From Asterias rubens (lineage: Eukaryota): 64,000 bases of DNA. Below, one piece after another: positions 40,801 through 54,800 of the stretch; within the stretch, counting starts at the first letter, position 1; the number at the start of each line of letters is the position of its first letter. A program made the position numbers and the translations under genes. The stretch covers positions 17,856,001 through 17,920,000 of the forward strand of contig NC_047063.1 in assembly GCF_902459465.1 (NCBI RefSeq). The letters run 5' to 3'. Under the pieces are notes generated by a model. That model was given only the letters and a program-made list of their open reading frames with translations. It had not been told where the DNA came from and searched no databases.

Positions 40801-43800
40801 ATGGACCGCAAGAGAATGGGGGAGTTTCCCGACTGTGGCCAGAAGAAGAAAAGTAAGACACAACTTCAGTCAGTGTTGACGGGACAGAAAATAAATGAGA
40901 AATCTCAACCCCAGCAATTTCAGAGACAAATTGGTGGAGCGACTAGTCACGCGGAAGAACAGAACAGCTTTGAAGTTGTTAAGGTGAAGCGTAAAGAGAA
41001 CAAAAAAGAGTTCGTCAAATTGTGGCCTATCACTGCAAATGAAACCGACACGGAAGCAAATATTGCCCAGTCTAAGAAGGAACAACGGGAGGATGTTGCT
41101 GAGGTCGGAGAAGTACTTAAACAGTGCCAGTTGGAATCGGATAATGAGTCCTGTGGATCAGCGGACACTGATGAGATTTGTAACATCACAAGGAAGCCGG
41201 ACAGAGCAGGGAAACAAGTTTTATCCAACTGGGCGGACGACTACTATCACAAGGAGAGAGTGTCTCTGATTTTGTCCGACGGCGAGTATAATATCCGACA
41301 AGAGAATTACTTGGAAAACAAGGTGGAGAATCCTGATCCGGGATTAGGATTGGCTAGTGCTGATGTTTCATCCTTAAAGATGCATGAAGGAGTTTCATCT
41401 TATGGCCAAAGAACTAGTGGCGACACTGATGCCATTCTGGAAGAGAGTTTTAATGAGGAAGACAATATGGGGATTAATGAGAGTGCTGCAAACGGAGAAG
41501 GAGACAAAGATGATGATGAGGATGAAAGCGATGCTAAGGATGAGGGAAAGATTGACAAACACAATCTTGAAGAAGATGAGGAAAGCGAAAATGATACCAG
41601 TGATGAGGATTCGGAGGAAGAGGAAAGTAATTCTGAAGAAGATTTTGAATTCACCAAAAACTTAAAAGAAGATCACTTTGGAGGGGAAGATGAAGTTGAA
41701 GATTCCGATGAAGATGACGATGAGGAGGACGGTGAGATTGATGCCAAGGAAGATGTCAAAGATATCGAGAAGATCAAAAGAGGTGATCTTGGAGGAGATG
41801 AAGAAGTTGAAGACTCTGATGAGGATGACGAGGCAGAGGGAAGTGAAAGTGACTCTGACGATAGTGATGAAGATGATGATGAGGACGATGAGAGTGATGC
41901 AAGTAAAGACATTGAAATCAAAGAGGATCACCGACTTGGGGATGATCAAGATCAGGATGATGATAGTGATGAAGATGACAAATCCAGTGCTGCTGTGATC
42001 ACAGAGGATTTAAAAAAAAGTCCTCATAAAGAGAAAATAATTTCCTTGAAAGATAACACTGGAATCTTAAATAAGAACCCAAAGAACAAAATGAAGGGAG
42101 ATGAAGAAGACAGTGATGATTCTAATGATTCCAGTGATTCCAGTGATTCAATAGATGTTCCTCAGAAAGCGGGAAAAATTAGTAAGCCTGGCTCAGTTAA
42201 GATTAAAGGTGGTAAACGTGCACTTTCGGACAAAATTCGGCTGGAGTCTGTAAAGAAGCGACAAGCAGCCGTCTTGCATCAGAAAACTGCCATCCAAGAA
42301 GCTCTTAAGGCTGTGGTAAGTGTATCAATTTGAAGCAACTAAGACAAATCTTCTCTTGGTTCTTGTTCAAAGAAAGTACTTTCTCAGTTAGATTCTGGTC
42401 TTGTAAGATTAATTCTGGTTTGTTAAAAACTTCGAGCAACAAGCCCTGCATTCTTGTGGAATTTTAGCCCAAATTCAAACAACACTTTACAATATAAGAG
42501 ATGTTAAATTTGCATCGGGGATAAAGAATATTAATTTTGTTTTTTTACCCATACACCGATGTGTGTTAGCACTATATACTCAGTACTTTCCCGAGTTCTG
42601 TGAAAAAATATCACAGCCATGTTACTCTGGTGGGATTCGAACCCACGACCCTTGCAATTCTAGAGCAGTGTCTTACCAACTAGACTACCGAGGTTGCCCA
42701 GTAGCCAGAGGCAGTTCGAATCCTATGTTTTGGCAGGGGGTACCGCAATGTTGCACTTTAACACTTTACAAAACGCACAGTATCTTGACAAGAATGCCAT
42801 TTAAGGGCATCGTTTTGCAAAGAATCAAACTCCAGGATTGAAGAGATGAGTCTTGAGCTGTCGTTTAAAGATGGAAGGATTTAAGGATTTAGCCCGGGAG
42901 GTGAACTAGCTCCCCCCTTATACTGTCGAATCATCTCCATCCATCACAACATTCAAGAATAACTTAAAATCTCACCTGTTCAAACCTCTTACAATCCTCA
43001 GTCCTAATTTGTCTTTCTCTCCTCAAGCGCCATGAGCGCCTTCTTTAGGCGGATACCGGCACTATACACAGTGTTCTACATGTATATTATTATTATTATT
43101 GAAGTAGATGGATTTGATGACATTGCCCATTTACATTTTGTAGGATTCAAGGAAAGATACAGGTTCTGGTCGGCATATGAGGTTCGACTCTGATGAGGAA
43201 GGAGAGAGTCTCAAGGATGTAAAAGCTGGCAATGCCGTCAAGGTATGTATTTACAGCGAAGGTTTATGTGTTTCGTTATCACTCTTAAAGGCAGTAGACA
43301 GTATTGGCAAGTACTCAAAAATAATTATTAGCATAAAACCTTACTTAGTAACGAGTAATGGAGAGCTGTTGATAGTATAAAACATTGAAAGAAACGGCTC
43401 CCTCTGAAGTAATGTAGTTTTCAAGAAAGAAGTAATTTTCCACAAATTTGATTTTGAGACCTCAGAGGTAGATTTTGAGGTCTCTAAATTAAGCATCTGA
43501 AAGCACACAATTTTGTGTGACAAGGGTGTTTTTTCTTTCATTATTTTTAGAGGTTTGATATGTTATGCATATGTTGAGATACACCAAGTGAGAAGACTGG
43601 TCTTTGACATGGCAATAAACACTCACTTGTACAGCAGCTTTCATTGGTATGAAGCATTTTGAGAATCATTTCACTGCGAATAAGATATCAGTTTTTATTC
43701 CAAAGAAATGTAAACCTAAGAAAAATTACTGTCAGATACAATTTCCTCGGGCCATGTTTAAACACTCTTCACAGTGTTTACATTGCAGGTTTAAACATAG

Positions 43801-46800
43801 CCATACCTCCTCTCAACCAATCACAATGGATAAGCTGTCCCTGGTATTTAAGAATAAAAGATAAAATATGCCAGCTCGCTATATCATAAAATGTGGTGAA
43901 TTCATCTACACAGTATGCACATTTAGTTTTGTGCACAGATATGCCATCACATGCAACCTGTCAGTTGATTGGTTTCAAACGGTTGGTCAACTGCATTGAA
44001 AATAATTGTCTGTTTTTGAGGGTTCAACAGTGTTCGGAATTAGCAGTCACCCAGTCGCCAAATGCGAGTAAAATCAGGGCTGGGCGAGTCAACACCATTT
44101 TTACTGGTCTGCTGAGCAAATTTTTCATTGCAAAAAGAAGTTCCATAGGCCTATTGATTTTCAGTTTATGAATCCATAAAAATTAATATTAATGAAGAAA
44201 GTATTGTAAAGGTCGGAAGTTAGGGGTTAATATAATCCCAAAATGCAAATTTCGGAAGGACACTGTTTTTGTTTTATTTTGACACTTCAAATTGAGTGCA
44301 TTATTACATGTGGGCTTAGGGAAAAACTTGCGGGCGGCCCAAAATTTTGGTCGACTTGTCCGGCAGGCGAGTGAAGAAAAAAAGTTAAGAGAAACTCCTG
44401 GTTTAAGCTCTCTTTTTATTTCATGATGAGAACAGACGGAGACCAAGAAGTTATCTGGATTGTTTGACAGCGATGATGAAGAAGAGATGGAGATTGATGA
44501 GGAGGCTGATGAGGAACGCTTCAAGATCAAACCACAGTTTCTTGGTAAAGCTGGAGAAAAGGTAAGATAATTTTGGGTACGGCTAGAACTTGGAATCTGA
44601 AGATTTTTTTGTTTGAGGTGTGTCAAAAGTTTGTGAGTGCACTGTCTTTTCAAAAAGGTAATATGGAGGATTTAGTAAGAGTTGGAACTTTGCTTGGTGG
44701 GAAGAGACCGCTGACATTGGCCGCCTTTTGTATACATTAAGCACGCATGAAAGGCTATCTTTGGCTTAAAGATGTGAGCAGCTCATACACGCGGTTCAAT
44801 GGTTCCATTGTTTTATATCAAAGATGTTGGTGAATGACAGCATTTGCAATCCATCTGTTCAATCTACTAGTGAGTTTTGGCGGAAACACTGAGTACATTA
44901 AACTGTGTTGATGAGTTGTGGAGGAAGCTGGTGGTTAACAACACCAGGGCATGACCAGTCAAAAGAGATGGCCTCTGTTGCCAGGGGTGGATTTCACAAA
45001 GAGTTAAGACTAGCTTTATCCCGACTTAGGACGAGTAACTTGTCCTAACTTAGGACTACCCATACGTTTTTAATATCTCCTACGACTAGTCCCAAGTTGG
45101 GCTAGTCCCAAGTTAGGACTAGTCCTAACTCTTTGTGAAATCCACCCCTGGTCTTGGCCTTGGTGCCCCTTTAATACCAGGCCTCCTACATTATTCCCAA
45201 ACCCTACACTGTTTTTACACTTAATAATAATAACAATAAGACTTGTAATGCGCACATATCCACCCTGCTGGGTGTTCAAGGCGCAGTAAAACCAAAAAAG
45301 AAAAAAGAAAAAGAAAGAAAAAAACCAGACACAACAAAATTAGTCCTTGAAAAACCTGTGACATAAGATAAGTTTTGAGAAGAGATTTGAATTTTGTGGT
45401 ACAAAGACAAGATCTAAGATTAAGTGGTAGAGAGTTCCAGATGAGTGGCGCAGCTGAAAAAAAAGACCTGTGACCCCATGAGTGTCGAGACTTGGGTTCA
45501 ATGAGGAGAAGCGTGGAACTTGATCGAAGATTCCTTGATGGAGTGCAAACTTGAAGCAGTTCAGAAATATATATTCAATAACTTACTCTGAGCCTACATA
45601 GAGACCATCCCCCAACCTTTGTTTACCCCCTAATCTTACTCCGTTATAGACTTACACAAACTGGTCCTCTTTTTATTCTCACGCAACAGTTAATGAAACT
45701 CCAAGATCGTTTTGGCACAGACAGTCGCTTTAAGATGGGAGTGAATTTCATGGAGGACGATGAAGAGGACTTGGGTAAGAATTTAAGAAAGTATCGTAGA
45801 CAAAAAAACCTTGTTGCATCACTTTGTGTGCTTTCAGATGGATAATAAAAGGATTAAGCTGCAGTCTTTTATTATTTTGGTGAGAATTTACCTCTTTCTA
45901 AAAAACTACGTTACTTCAGAGGGAGCTGTTTCTCACAATGTTTTTTAATGTCAACAGCTCTCCATTGCTCGTTATCAAGTATATTTTTATACTAACAACT
46001 ATATTGAGTAATTACCAATAGTGTCCAGTGTCTTTAACAGTCTTGTCTTGTTTATGCAAGGTGCTCTGAATGAAGATGATGAAGATCAGCAGGAGGAGAA
46101 ACAAAGATCCCTCGCCATCTTACAAGGCATTGTAGGAAGTCAAGCCATGAACAGCTTGAAGCACAAGACAACATCAAACTTCAAGTGAGTGTGTCTTCCA
46201 TTAATCACTTCACTCCTGGATTCCCCCAAATTTGTCCAAGCCCATCCACAGGACAAATCGTTGGAACACCGTTAGCAACAGTTTCTTTTTTGTATAGTAC
46301 TTGTATCACAACTTGTATCTCTCTGACAGACAAGGTCAGGGTTTTCATTCAAAACAGCTGCTCAGATCCATTTGATTTGGAGCATGGACTACCGCAAAGG
46401 TCCATTTTAGGTCCATTAATATCTGGTATTTTGTGCCCTCCCAATTGGCAATAATCATACATCACCGTAAATAAAAGTAGACTTTCATGATACGGAGTCC
46501 CGAACAAAGATCAAGGCAAAATAGGGAGATCGCCAACATAAGGACTGGATAGCTCTTATTAATTTTACATTCTGAGATAATTTTTGTTTTAAATTTTCAT
46601 CATTTCAATTCAATACAAAAATATTTACTAATGCTGTCCCTTTTTTTTTTTTTTTTACTAATGTGGAACCCAACAATTTTTTTTTCTGCAGAGATCCAAG
46701 TCAAATGCGTTATGACCCGTCCAGAGATGACCACGCCCAGTTTGAGATTCATAATGAGGAGCCAGTGAAACAGAAAAAGTAAGCGTTTATCACTCGACAT

Positions 46801-49800
46801 AGTAGATCCAGTCAGATTTTGAGTCCTGTGCTCTAAACTCACGACACATTTTTGCTCCTTTTGTTTTTGTTTAAAGGCACTGGACACCATACGCCTCTCT
46901 GAATATTTATGCATGAGGTACGTCACAATGCTTACTCAAAACGAGGCGATGGGCGCAGCCACGGCATGTGATGGGGAACGTGCGCCCATAGGCTCAGTTT
47001 GGGTACGAATTATGACGTCATGCATAAATATTAAGAGAGGCGTATTGGTAGTTGTCAAAGACCAGTCTTCTCACTTGGTGTATATCTCAACATGGGCTTA
47101 AAATAACAAAGTTGTGAAAATTTGAGCTCAATTGGTCGTTGAAGTTGCAAGATAATATTGAAATAAAAAAAACCTTGTCCCACAAAGTTGTGTGCTTTCA
47201 GATGCTTGATTTCGGGATTTCAAAATCTAGTTGTGAGGTCTCGAAATCAAATTTATGGAAAATTGCTTCATTCTCAAAAACTACATTACTTCAGAGGGAG
47301 CCATTTCTCACAATGTTTTACACTATCAACCTCTCCCCATTACTCGTTACCAAGTGAGGTTTTATGCTAATAATTATTTTGAATAATTACCAGTATTGTC
47401 CACTGCCTTTAACTTGATAGTTAAATTGTCTCTCCAGAACTAAAGCAAGGGATGAAGTAGCACCTGAAGTTGGGAGGGAGAAATACTTTGAAGTCGCCAA
47501 GTTGGACATCGGAAAAGAGGCAGTGGAAAGTCAGCCTTTCAGTTTCTTTGGAGAGACTGAGATTGGTAAGTGGGTGTGAGAGACATGGGAATGTCACAGC
47601 AAAGTCAGGGTGTTGGTATAACCGGGTTCTCACTGGATTATTATTGAACCATGACCAAAAGTTACTTTCAAGTGGGTAAATCTGACCAGTGTTCGCACTT
47701 GGAAGATGATTTGATGTAGGTAAAACAGAGACCATGGTAAAACAAACCGACTGACTAAAAATATAAACATATGAGGGCACTTTGCCAGTGATGGCCTCTA
47801 ATCGTTTCTGTCAAAATATATGACAATGGTGGAAGAGAAGTACTGCAAATACAAGTAATAAATTTAATGCAGTCAAATTGAGTATACCACCATGACCACA
47901 ACATGTACATGCATGTCGTAGTTCACTTAGTTGCCTTCAGGCCTTGTGTGTCTGGCGACTTGCTTAAAAAAAGAAGTAAGTTTACCCCCGAAAAAGTCCA
48001 ATCAGATCAAGAAAATTCATTCTGCATGCTCTTTGCCACGAAGTATAAAACCAAGCTTATCACTATGGCGCCATAAAGTTATTGCCGAATCAGATATTTA
48101 TTTTCATAACTTCTTGCAGAGGAAGAAGAGGATGTAACGGGTATCAGTTCTCTTCAGCGGGACATCCTGGCCGCGACCAAACAAGGCAAGAGGCAGTTGG
48201 CTCTAGACAGCAGTGATGAAGAGTCTGATGAAGAAGAAGTCGAGGAGGAGGAGGTGGAGGAGAAACAAGGCGCTGAAGGGGACGCTCCGAGTGACCCACC
48301 TAAACCCGTCAGCCACACATTCTTCTTTCTCGATGATGACGCCAGATTGAAAAGTAAGATTAGTGTAAAGTGCTTTACACACATTGGTGTTTGGGGTTAT
48401 AACCCCCAAGATATTCCTCATATCTGATTAAAATTTAACTGTTATTAAAGGCACTGGACACTCTTGGGAATTATTAAAAATAATTATAAGCATAAAACCT
48501 TACTTGATAACGAGTAACATTGTGAGAAACAGTTCCCTCTGAAGTAACGTAGTTTTTAGAAAGAAGTAACTTATCACTAAAATGTTTGAATTGTATCTGG
48601 AGACCTGAGAATTATATTTTGAAGTCTCGAAATCAAGCATCTGAAAGCACACAACTTTTTATGCAACAAGGGCGTTTTTTTCTTCCATTATGCTCTCGCA
48701 ACTTCAACGACCAATTGAGCTCAAATTTTCACAGGTTATGTTATGTTATGCATATGTTGAGATACATCAAGTGAGAAGACTGGTCTTTGACAATTACCAA
48801 ACGTGTTCAGTGCCTTTAAATTGTTGTCGTATCCCCTGCCAAAGTTTGAAATCCGGCTTTTCCATTTTTGTTTTTGCCAGATTTCACCATGTCATTTTAT
48901 GTTGTGACAACGACTCACATAGATACATTATTTGTATAATGTCATATGACATGTTGGCTTGCTGCTTTTAGTACATTCACATTGTCTTAAAATTTTGATT
49001 TTCCGGTTTGTTTCTTTCATAGCTGGACCACAGCTGTTCTGTCGCACGCTGAGCAACGAAGCCTTAAACAAATGGTTTGAGCAGCAAAAAACTGATCTGC
49101 AAGGGGTGAGTATTTCAATAATTACCCATCACTTGTTTGCCAACTCAAGGGTCCTGTCCATGGTCCTGTCTCTCGTGTCCTTGTTAAAGGAACACGTTGG
49201 TCTATAAAAAGCTGGTCTATAAAAAAGTTGGTCTATAAAAAGCATTTGTAACCGTTGGTTATAAAATGCATATGATTAGAAAGATGTTTTAAAAGTAGAA
49301 TATAATGATCCACACAAATTTGCTTCGAAATTGCATGGCTTTCCTTTTACTGTGCGAACTAACACGGTCAGCCATTTATGGAGTCAACAATTTGACTCCC
49401 ATAAATGGCCGACAGTGTTAGTCGACGAGGTAAAAGGAAAACCACACAATTTCGAGGCATATTTGTGTGGATCATTATACTTTACTTTAACAACATCTTT
49501 CTAATCATATGCATTTTATAACCAACGGTTACATTTTATAACAAAAGGTTAACAACGCTTTTCAAAGACCAACTCGACCAATCCAAGGCATCGTGTTCCT
49601 TTAACAATTATTCTTCCTTGTGCTTTGTGCTTGGGATGTGAACTTTGTCTTTGGGATTTGCGTTTTCAGAATTTGACATATTGTTTTGAGTATTTTCACT
49701 GTTTGCAAACTGTAAAACAACCTAAAGGACCTTTTAAAGCGGAAAATAGTTGATGACCAGCCGCCGATTTCGCGAAACTTTATGCAACTGCGTAAGTCCA

Positions 49801-50068
49801 CTTGCGCAACGTTTATGAAGCAACTTACGTCATAAACGCTGCGCAAGTGGACTTGCGCAGTTGCGTAATGTTTCGTGAAATCGGCCCCTGATGTTTTATT
49901 TTCTCATTTATTTTTTACTGATAACTGTTTTATGTTTCTTCATATTCTCTCCATGTCCCACAACAGGAGTACAAGAAAAGACATCAAAAGGCAGTCAGAG
50001 ACGTGAAGGCCGCTCAACAAAGATCAAGAAAGGCCAGCCAGAAGAGAGCCATAAAAGCATCCAGGTGA
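37814..50068 (+). CDS. NOL8: Nucleolar protein 8 (N-terminal RRM, long acidic region), 14 coding exons, about 1091 aa
   Basis: Exons 37814-37976, 38804-38866, 39137-39215, 40204-40390, 40600-42315, 43144-43242, 44436-44561, 45690-45774, 46061-46184, 46692-46778, 47438-47565, 48120-48353, 49023-49105, 49967-50068, all phases compatible. RRM: RLFVGGLHEDVTTPDLRQRFGKFGSVSSVDI...VFAHMDI...YNNAKWKGHAMRVQVAKDSFLTKLEAER. NOL8-like motifs: WIVGKFGRVLP, RFKIKPQFLGKAGEKLMKLQDRFGTDSRFKM, MRYDPS, HTFFF. Confidence 0.93.
42895..43100 (+). mobile_element. L2-like LINE 3' end fragment
   Basis: Reads SSPSITTFKNNLKSHLFKP, followed by an aagcgccatgagcgcc...ATT tail. Confidence 0.6.
45230..45580 (-). mobile_element. 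L2/CR1 LINE 3' end fragment
   Basis: The minus strand reads SAAPLIWNSLPLNLRSCLCTTKFKSLLKTYLMSQ, followed by the 3'UTR and a tail. Confidence 0.8.
46300..46480 (+). mobile_element. Degenerate LINE reverse-transcriptase fragment
   Basis: SLTDKVRVFIQNSCSDPFDLEHGLPQRSILGPLI resembles the non-LTR RT motif GVPQGSVLGPLLF. Confidence 0.65.
49762..49889. mobile_element. Palindromic MITE
   Basis: gccgatttcgcgaaac...tttcgtgaaatcggc, with an internal tgcgtaagtccacttgcgca / tgcgcaagtggacttgcgca inverted pair. Confidence 0.7.
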
Positions 50069-51849
50069 TCAAACATGTAAGTCAGATCATCATTTCTACA
50101 ATCTACTTCTATTTTTGTTAACATCTCAGAGAAGCAGGCCTGTGTGCTTCGTTTTTGAAAGGGCAATGGCACCAAGGCATTTTCTCCTTGGTAAAAGAAG
50201 TAGTACATTTCTACGAGAGCATTTCAAGGGCACCAAGCCAATGCCCAGGGGGCATGGAGACAATGGGCTTTATTGCCTCCGTGAAGTATCAAGCCTGTCT
50301 GTCAGAGGTAACGAATCGTTGAACAAATGCACTCTCTCTCTCTGACGTCCCTTTGAGAAGGCATTTGCACCCAGGGAACATTTTCATAAAGCTGTTAAGC
50401 AGAAAATACTGCTTAGCAGTTTTCTTTGCTTAGTAAAAAAATGAATGTGGCACCAGTTGCAACAATGTGAAACATACAATTTTGGCTGGTAACCAGTTTC
50501 TGTTAAGTAAGGTTTTTCTATGCTTAGCAAGTTTTTAGGCTTTCGGGCTTTATGAAATTGTACCCTGATCTTTGGTTGACACTGACTGGTCCTTCAGTAG
50601 GAATGGTCCCGTGACGAACACAGGCTTTTTGTATTACCAGTTCAATAGTTTGGTTGTCGAGTTTAAACTTATTTCTGCTTAGTATGTGGCATGGTGTACC
50701 ATCCTTTTCTATTGTGACTTTTATTGGGGGGGGGGGGACTTTTGTACGAGAGGAAATGTGTGTGTTAAAGTATGGGAACAATTTGGGGGCGCACCGTCTG
50801 CCATATATCAGGCATGGTTTATTTTAAACTGTACTCGCACTCGAATCATTTTTAGGTAGCTGGTGCGTGCGCATTTATTTTTGTGGGTTTATAAAACTCA
50901 TCATTGAACTGTACTATAGGACCCCTAACTTAAGGTCAAAATGCATCTTTTAGGATTTCGGCTACGAAGAGCCTGAATTCTTTTATGCTCTTGAAACTTG
51001 AAATTCGGGATATTTCTTTTGTGCGATTGGTTCTGACATTTTGACATAATGTGTGTTTACAATCCCTATAAGTAATGATGATAATACAAAAATTGTATCG
51101 TGCCATCTATCATCAACGACAAAACATTCTGAAATGCTGGAAAAGAGAAATACTAAGATTATCAAAGTATACAGGGGATGTCACTAAGAGCACAATAAAC
51201 ACAGATTTTCACGCGAACAAAAAAAACCAAATGGATAAACGTGATATTAACGAGCAAATGTCTTTTACGCATGCTTTTTTTGAAAATGTCAAAAGATTCT
51301 GTCGCTCGAATATTTAATGGTAAAATAGTTCAAGAGTTTGGGAGCAGAAACTGTAAAGGCATGATCGCCATAGGGTGTGCTTGTTTTAGGAACTGTTAGA
51401 ATAAGTTTGTTTGTAGATAAAAAAAGATCAGTGTGCTCCTCCTCAAAATGTGTTGTGGGGTTTTAATACAACAGGAACATGTTTTTGTTTGCCAGTCCTG
51501 AAAAGTTTGTTTATTTCTGCAATATCTAACGTAGGATATGTGTACAGAAATGAGAAAAGGCACTGGTCAGTGATGGGGGAGGGGGGTGTTGTAAAATGTA
51601 GAACATAATCGACATTGTGCTTGAGGGGTCAATCCCTTGACGGCTTTAAAAAAAAACACATAAAAGTCTGTTCAGGCAGACCAATAAAAAAACATACAAT
51701 ACTGTTCAATATTTGCAAGAGTCTACAACCATACAATAAAAACATTGAGGGAAAAAGAAATACAAGGATTGCACATAACTACAAAATTCAGATCTGCATG
51801 AAATAGCCCACCATAGGCATTTGTGATGCAAGACATGGATACAGATCAT

Positions 51850-54800
51850 CACATCTTCAAGTGTTGTTTTTTATTTTTATTCAAGATCTTGTACGGCGCC
51901 AACTATCTACACGAGAAGAAATTCCTACGACCAGCCCATTATTCTTTGGAACTATAACACCAGGATCTCTCTTTGCATGGAAAATATTGTCATATCCTCT
52001 TTTCTTGGATTCCTAGATCCTCCGTCACAGGACCCTGTGTTAGGCGACACAGACACAGAACAAAAAAACTGTCAATCTCAAAATCTGCAAATTATTTTGG
52101 CTTGAGTTCAAAAGTGGAACTCTTCCGCTGGAATCGTCAAGGCAGTTCTTAAGATGAAACCACAACAATGCTTGTGCCGCTGCGTGTTGTCACGAGACGG
52201 AGAAGGTCGGCTTTGATAAGAGAGATAACAAGGATGAGGAAATATCAGATGATTTCGTTGCTTTGTTGTCTATGGATGGGTCATCCTCTGTACCAACACT
52301 TTTTTAGTGAAGTCAACTTAAAGGCATTGACCTAAAGTTCAGGACTTAAGTTTTGGTCATTTGTGAGGCACCGTGCCGAAACCAGGCACTTCCTGTCAAA
52401 ACTTAAAAAGTTTGTTTTGCTCATCTAAATGGATTAGTAGAATGGAGAATATAATTTGCTTTGAACCCTTACACCGATGTGTGAAGCACTGTATACTCAG
52501 TACTTTGAACTATGAACTATACTTTCCCCGAGTTCTGTGAACAAAATCCATAGGCAAATCACCTGTGAGGGATTCAAACCCATTGGATGTTCGAATTAGT
52601 CCTGTGATTGATCCACTCTGAGCATGCTGATCAAAATTGTCAGAGCCCAACCCCCCCCCCCCCCCAACCCCTTCAAAAAAAGGATCAAGTTATAAGAGCA
52701 ACGGGTCCCCTTTCATTCGTTTTTGTTCATGTGACATGTCTACTGTATATAATGCAGTTTAAGGTAGTTATGTAAAAACATTGTTCATTTGAAGTAGATT
52801 ACATCAAAATAATTTTGTTTTTATACATGCGAACTCAGCGCCCTACAAATGCTCAGAAGTTGTTGACAAGCATGTTCGCAGAGCAGCCAATCAGCGTTGT
52901 TTTTAAGTTTTTACCCTTCCATGGGTTAGCGACGAGGTGTAGCGATACGATGCACTGCAAGGCTTGGATGTCACATCCCATTGGTACCAAGAATAATTAT
53001 TCGGTTGTTTGAAATTTCAATGCCGTCACTAATTTTTTAGAAGAGACTGATTTTGTCATTGGGCATCACAATTAAAGAGAAATTATAGGAGGCCAGTTCA
53101 TCTATCTTTTAAAACCATTGCAGTGAGGGCCATGATATCCTAAGCTGGACCAGACCATTATTTCTAGAGGGGTGTCAATCAACTCTGGTCTGTGATTTGG
53201 TTAGAAGGGGGCAGAATGAAGTCGTCATTAGTAGATGATATCAAATTATAAAACTTCATCAATTAAAGGAACATTACAGATTTGGTTTTGCTAACAAAGC
53301 AGTTGCGGGCAGTGTAAGCACTTTATGTAATCCACCATCTACATAAACTGACAAACCTGTAGAAGTTTGAGATCGATTGCCCATCTGGGTCACGAGAAAA
53401 TAGTGAAAAACCGATTACACATTTTGCATGACATTAATGCTAACAAAAAAGTAATAAAACGCTCACTGAACGATAAACTCCAAATGCAAAGTTAAATTAT
53501 TCATTTCACATCAAATATGGCATTTCAGGCAGAAGTATTTCAAGGGATGTTTTCTACTATCATCATCATTAGACCGTGCAAGTTTGATGTAAATCTGTGA
53601 TTTTCACGATTTTGTTTTCTTACCAATTCTGTAACGTTCCTTTGAGCCAACAAAATAAGGTTAATTTCAGCCAGGTAATACCTGGACAAGTTAGCAAGAT
53701 GAAAAGATTGGTGACAAATTTTAACAAAACCTCTCGTTTTCTTGGGAAAAATGTCAGCATGAAATTAGATTATAAAATTAGCATAACCTTGTCAGCATGT
53801 GCTTACAATGTACCACAGGGCCGTTACAACCATCACTGCAGGGCCTTGAATTGTCGGGAGTTAGGAAGTTTCCCTGAATTCAGGATCACATGTCGACAAG
53901 TTAAGCTCTTGTTTTCAAAAAGTTACTAAATTCTAAGAGTGTGACACCCTTGCCATCTTTTAAAGAGGGACTCCCGAGGTAAAAGTAAGTTTTGTGATGT
54001 GGGCAAAAAATGCTTCAACCTCACAGTAAAATTATGTAAAATGTCATTTTTTGTAATACTCTTTCTGGGCAAAATTTGAAAATTTACGTGATTGAACAGC
54101 AAAAACAAACAGGTTTGTACATTCCAAAGTGGGATTTTTGGGCCAGTTTAAAGGACAGATTCACTGCTATTTTGATTGAATGGCATCAAAATTCAGGAAT
54201 GAACTGAAAATTCTTTGTAGACAAATGTACTTAAAATGTGATGCATCAAATGCTTTTGGATTTTGACAGAATTGTCTTTGAAGGGTATTTATTTTTAACA
54301 GTGGCATTTTACATCATTTCAATGTGAGGTTAGAGACTGGTATTTTTTGTCTGCAGTTCATGGATACGGACTCTTTTTTTTTCACCAAACTAAAGTTGAC
54401 CATGAAGGCCCTTTTTTATTTCACTTTAACCTTAAAGAATGGTTTTACAATTTAAATTTCTCATGTAATTTAAAACTTGGCAAAAGTAATCATGTTAATA
54501 TGAATAAGATACAATAAAATAAAATACAATACTAAGATTTCTGCCAGTCTGTTTGTTAGTTTATTTATTTTCTGCTTCGGTTAAAATATAAATGAAGATG
54601 CAACATTTTTCATAAAAAAGCAAATAATGTTTTCTAAAACGAAGTTTTTTTTGTGTTTTTTTTTGAAAATGAATTATTTGTATACTGTACAACCATCCCC
54701 TTTTTGTGAGAAGATTAGAATACATTGCCTCTTAAAAAACAAGAACAAAATCTATCCTATGCGTTTATTTTTAATTTAAAAAAATTCCTCCTTGGCAGTG

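Noticed and set aside
40870-41949. Antisense ORFs over the large NOL8 exon
   Set aside because: They are Ser/Ile/Leu-rich shadows of the GAT/GAA-rich sense strand.
51886-51957. Plus-strand terminal exon ILYGANYLHEKKFLRPAHYSLEL*
   Set aside because: No upstream partner exons fit between the NOL8 stop and here, and no family was recognised.
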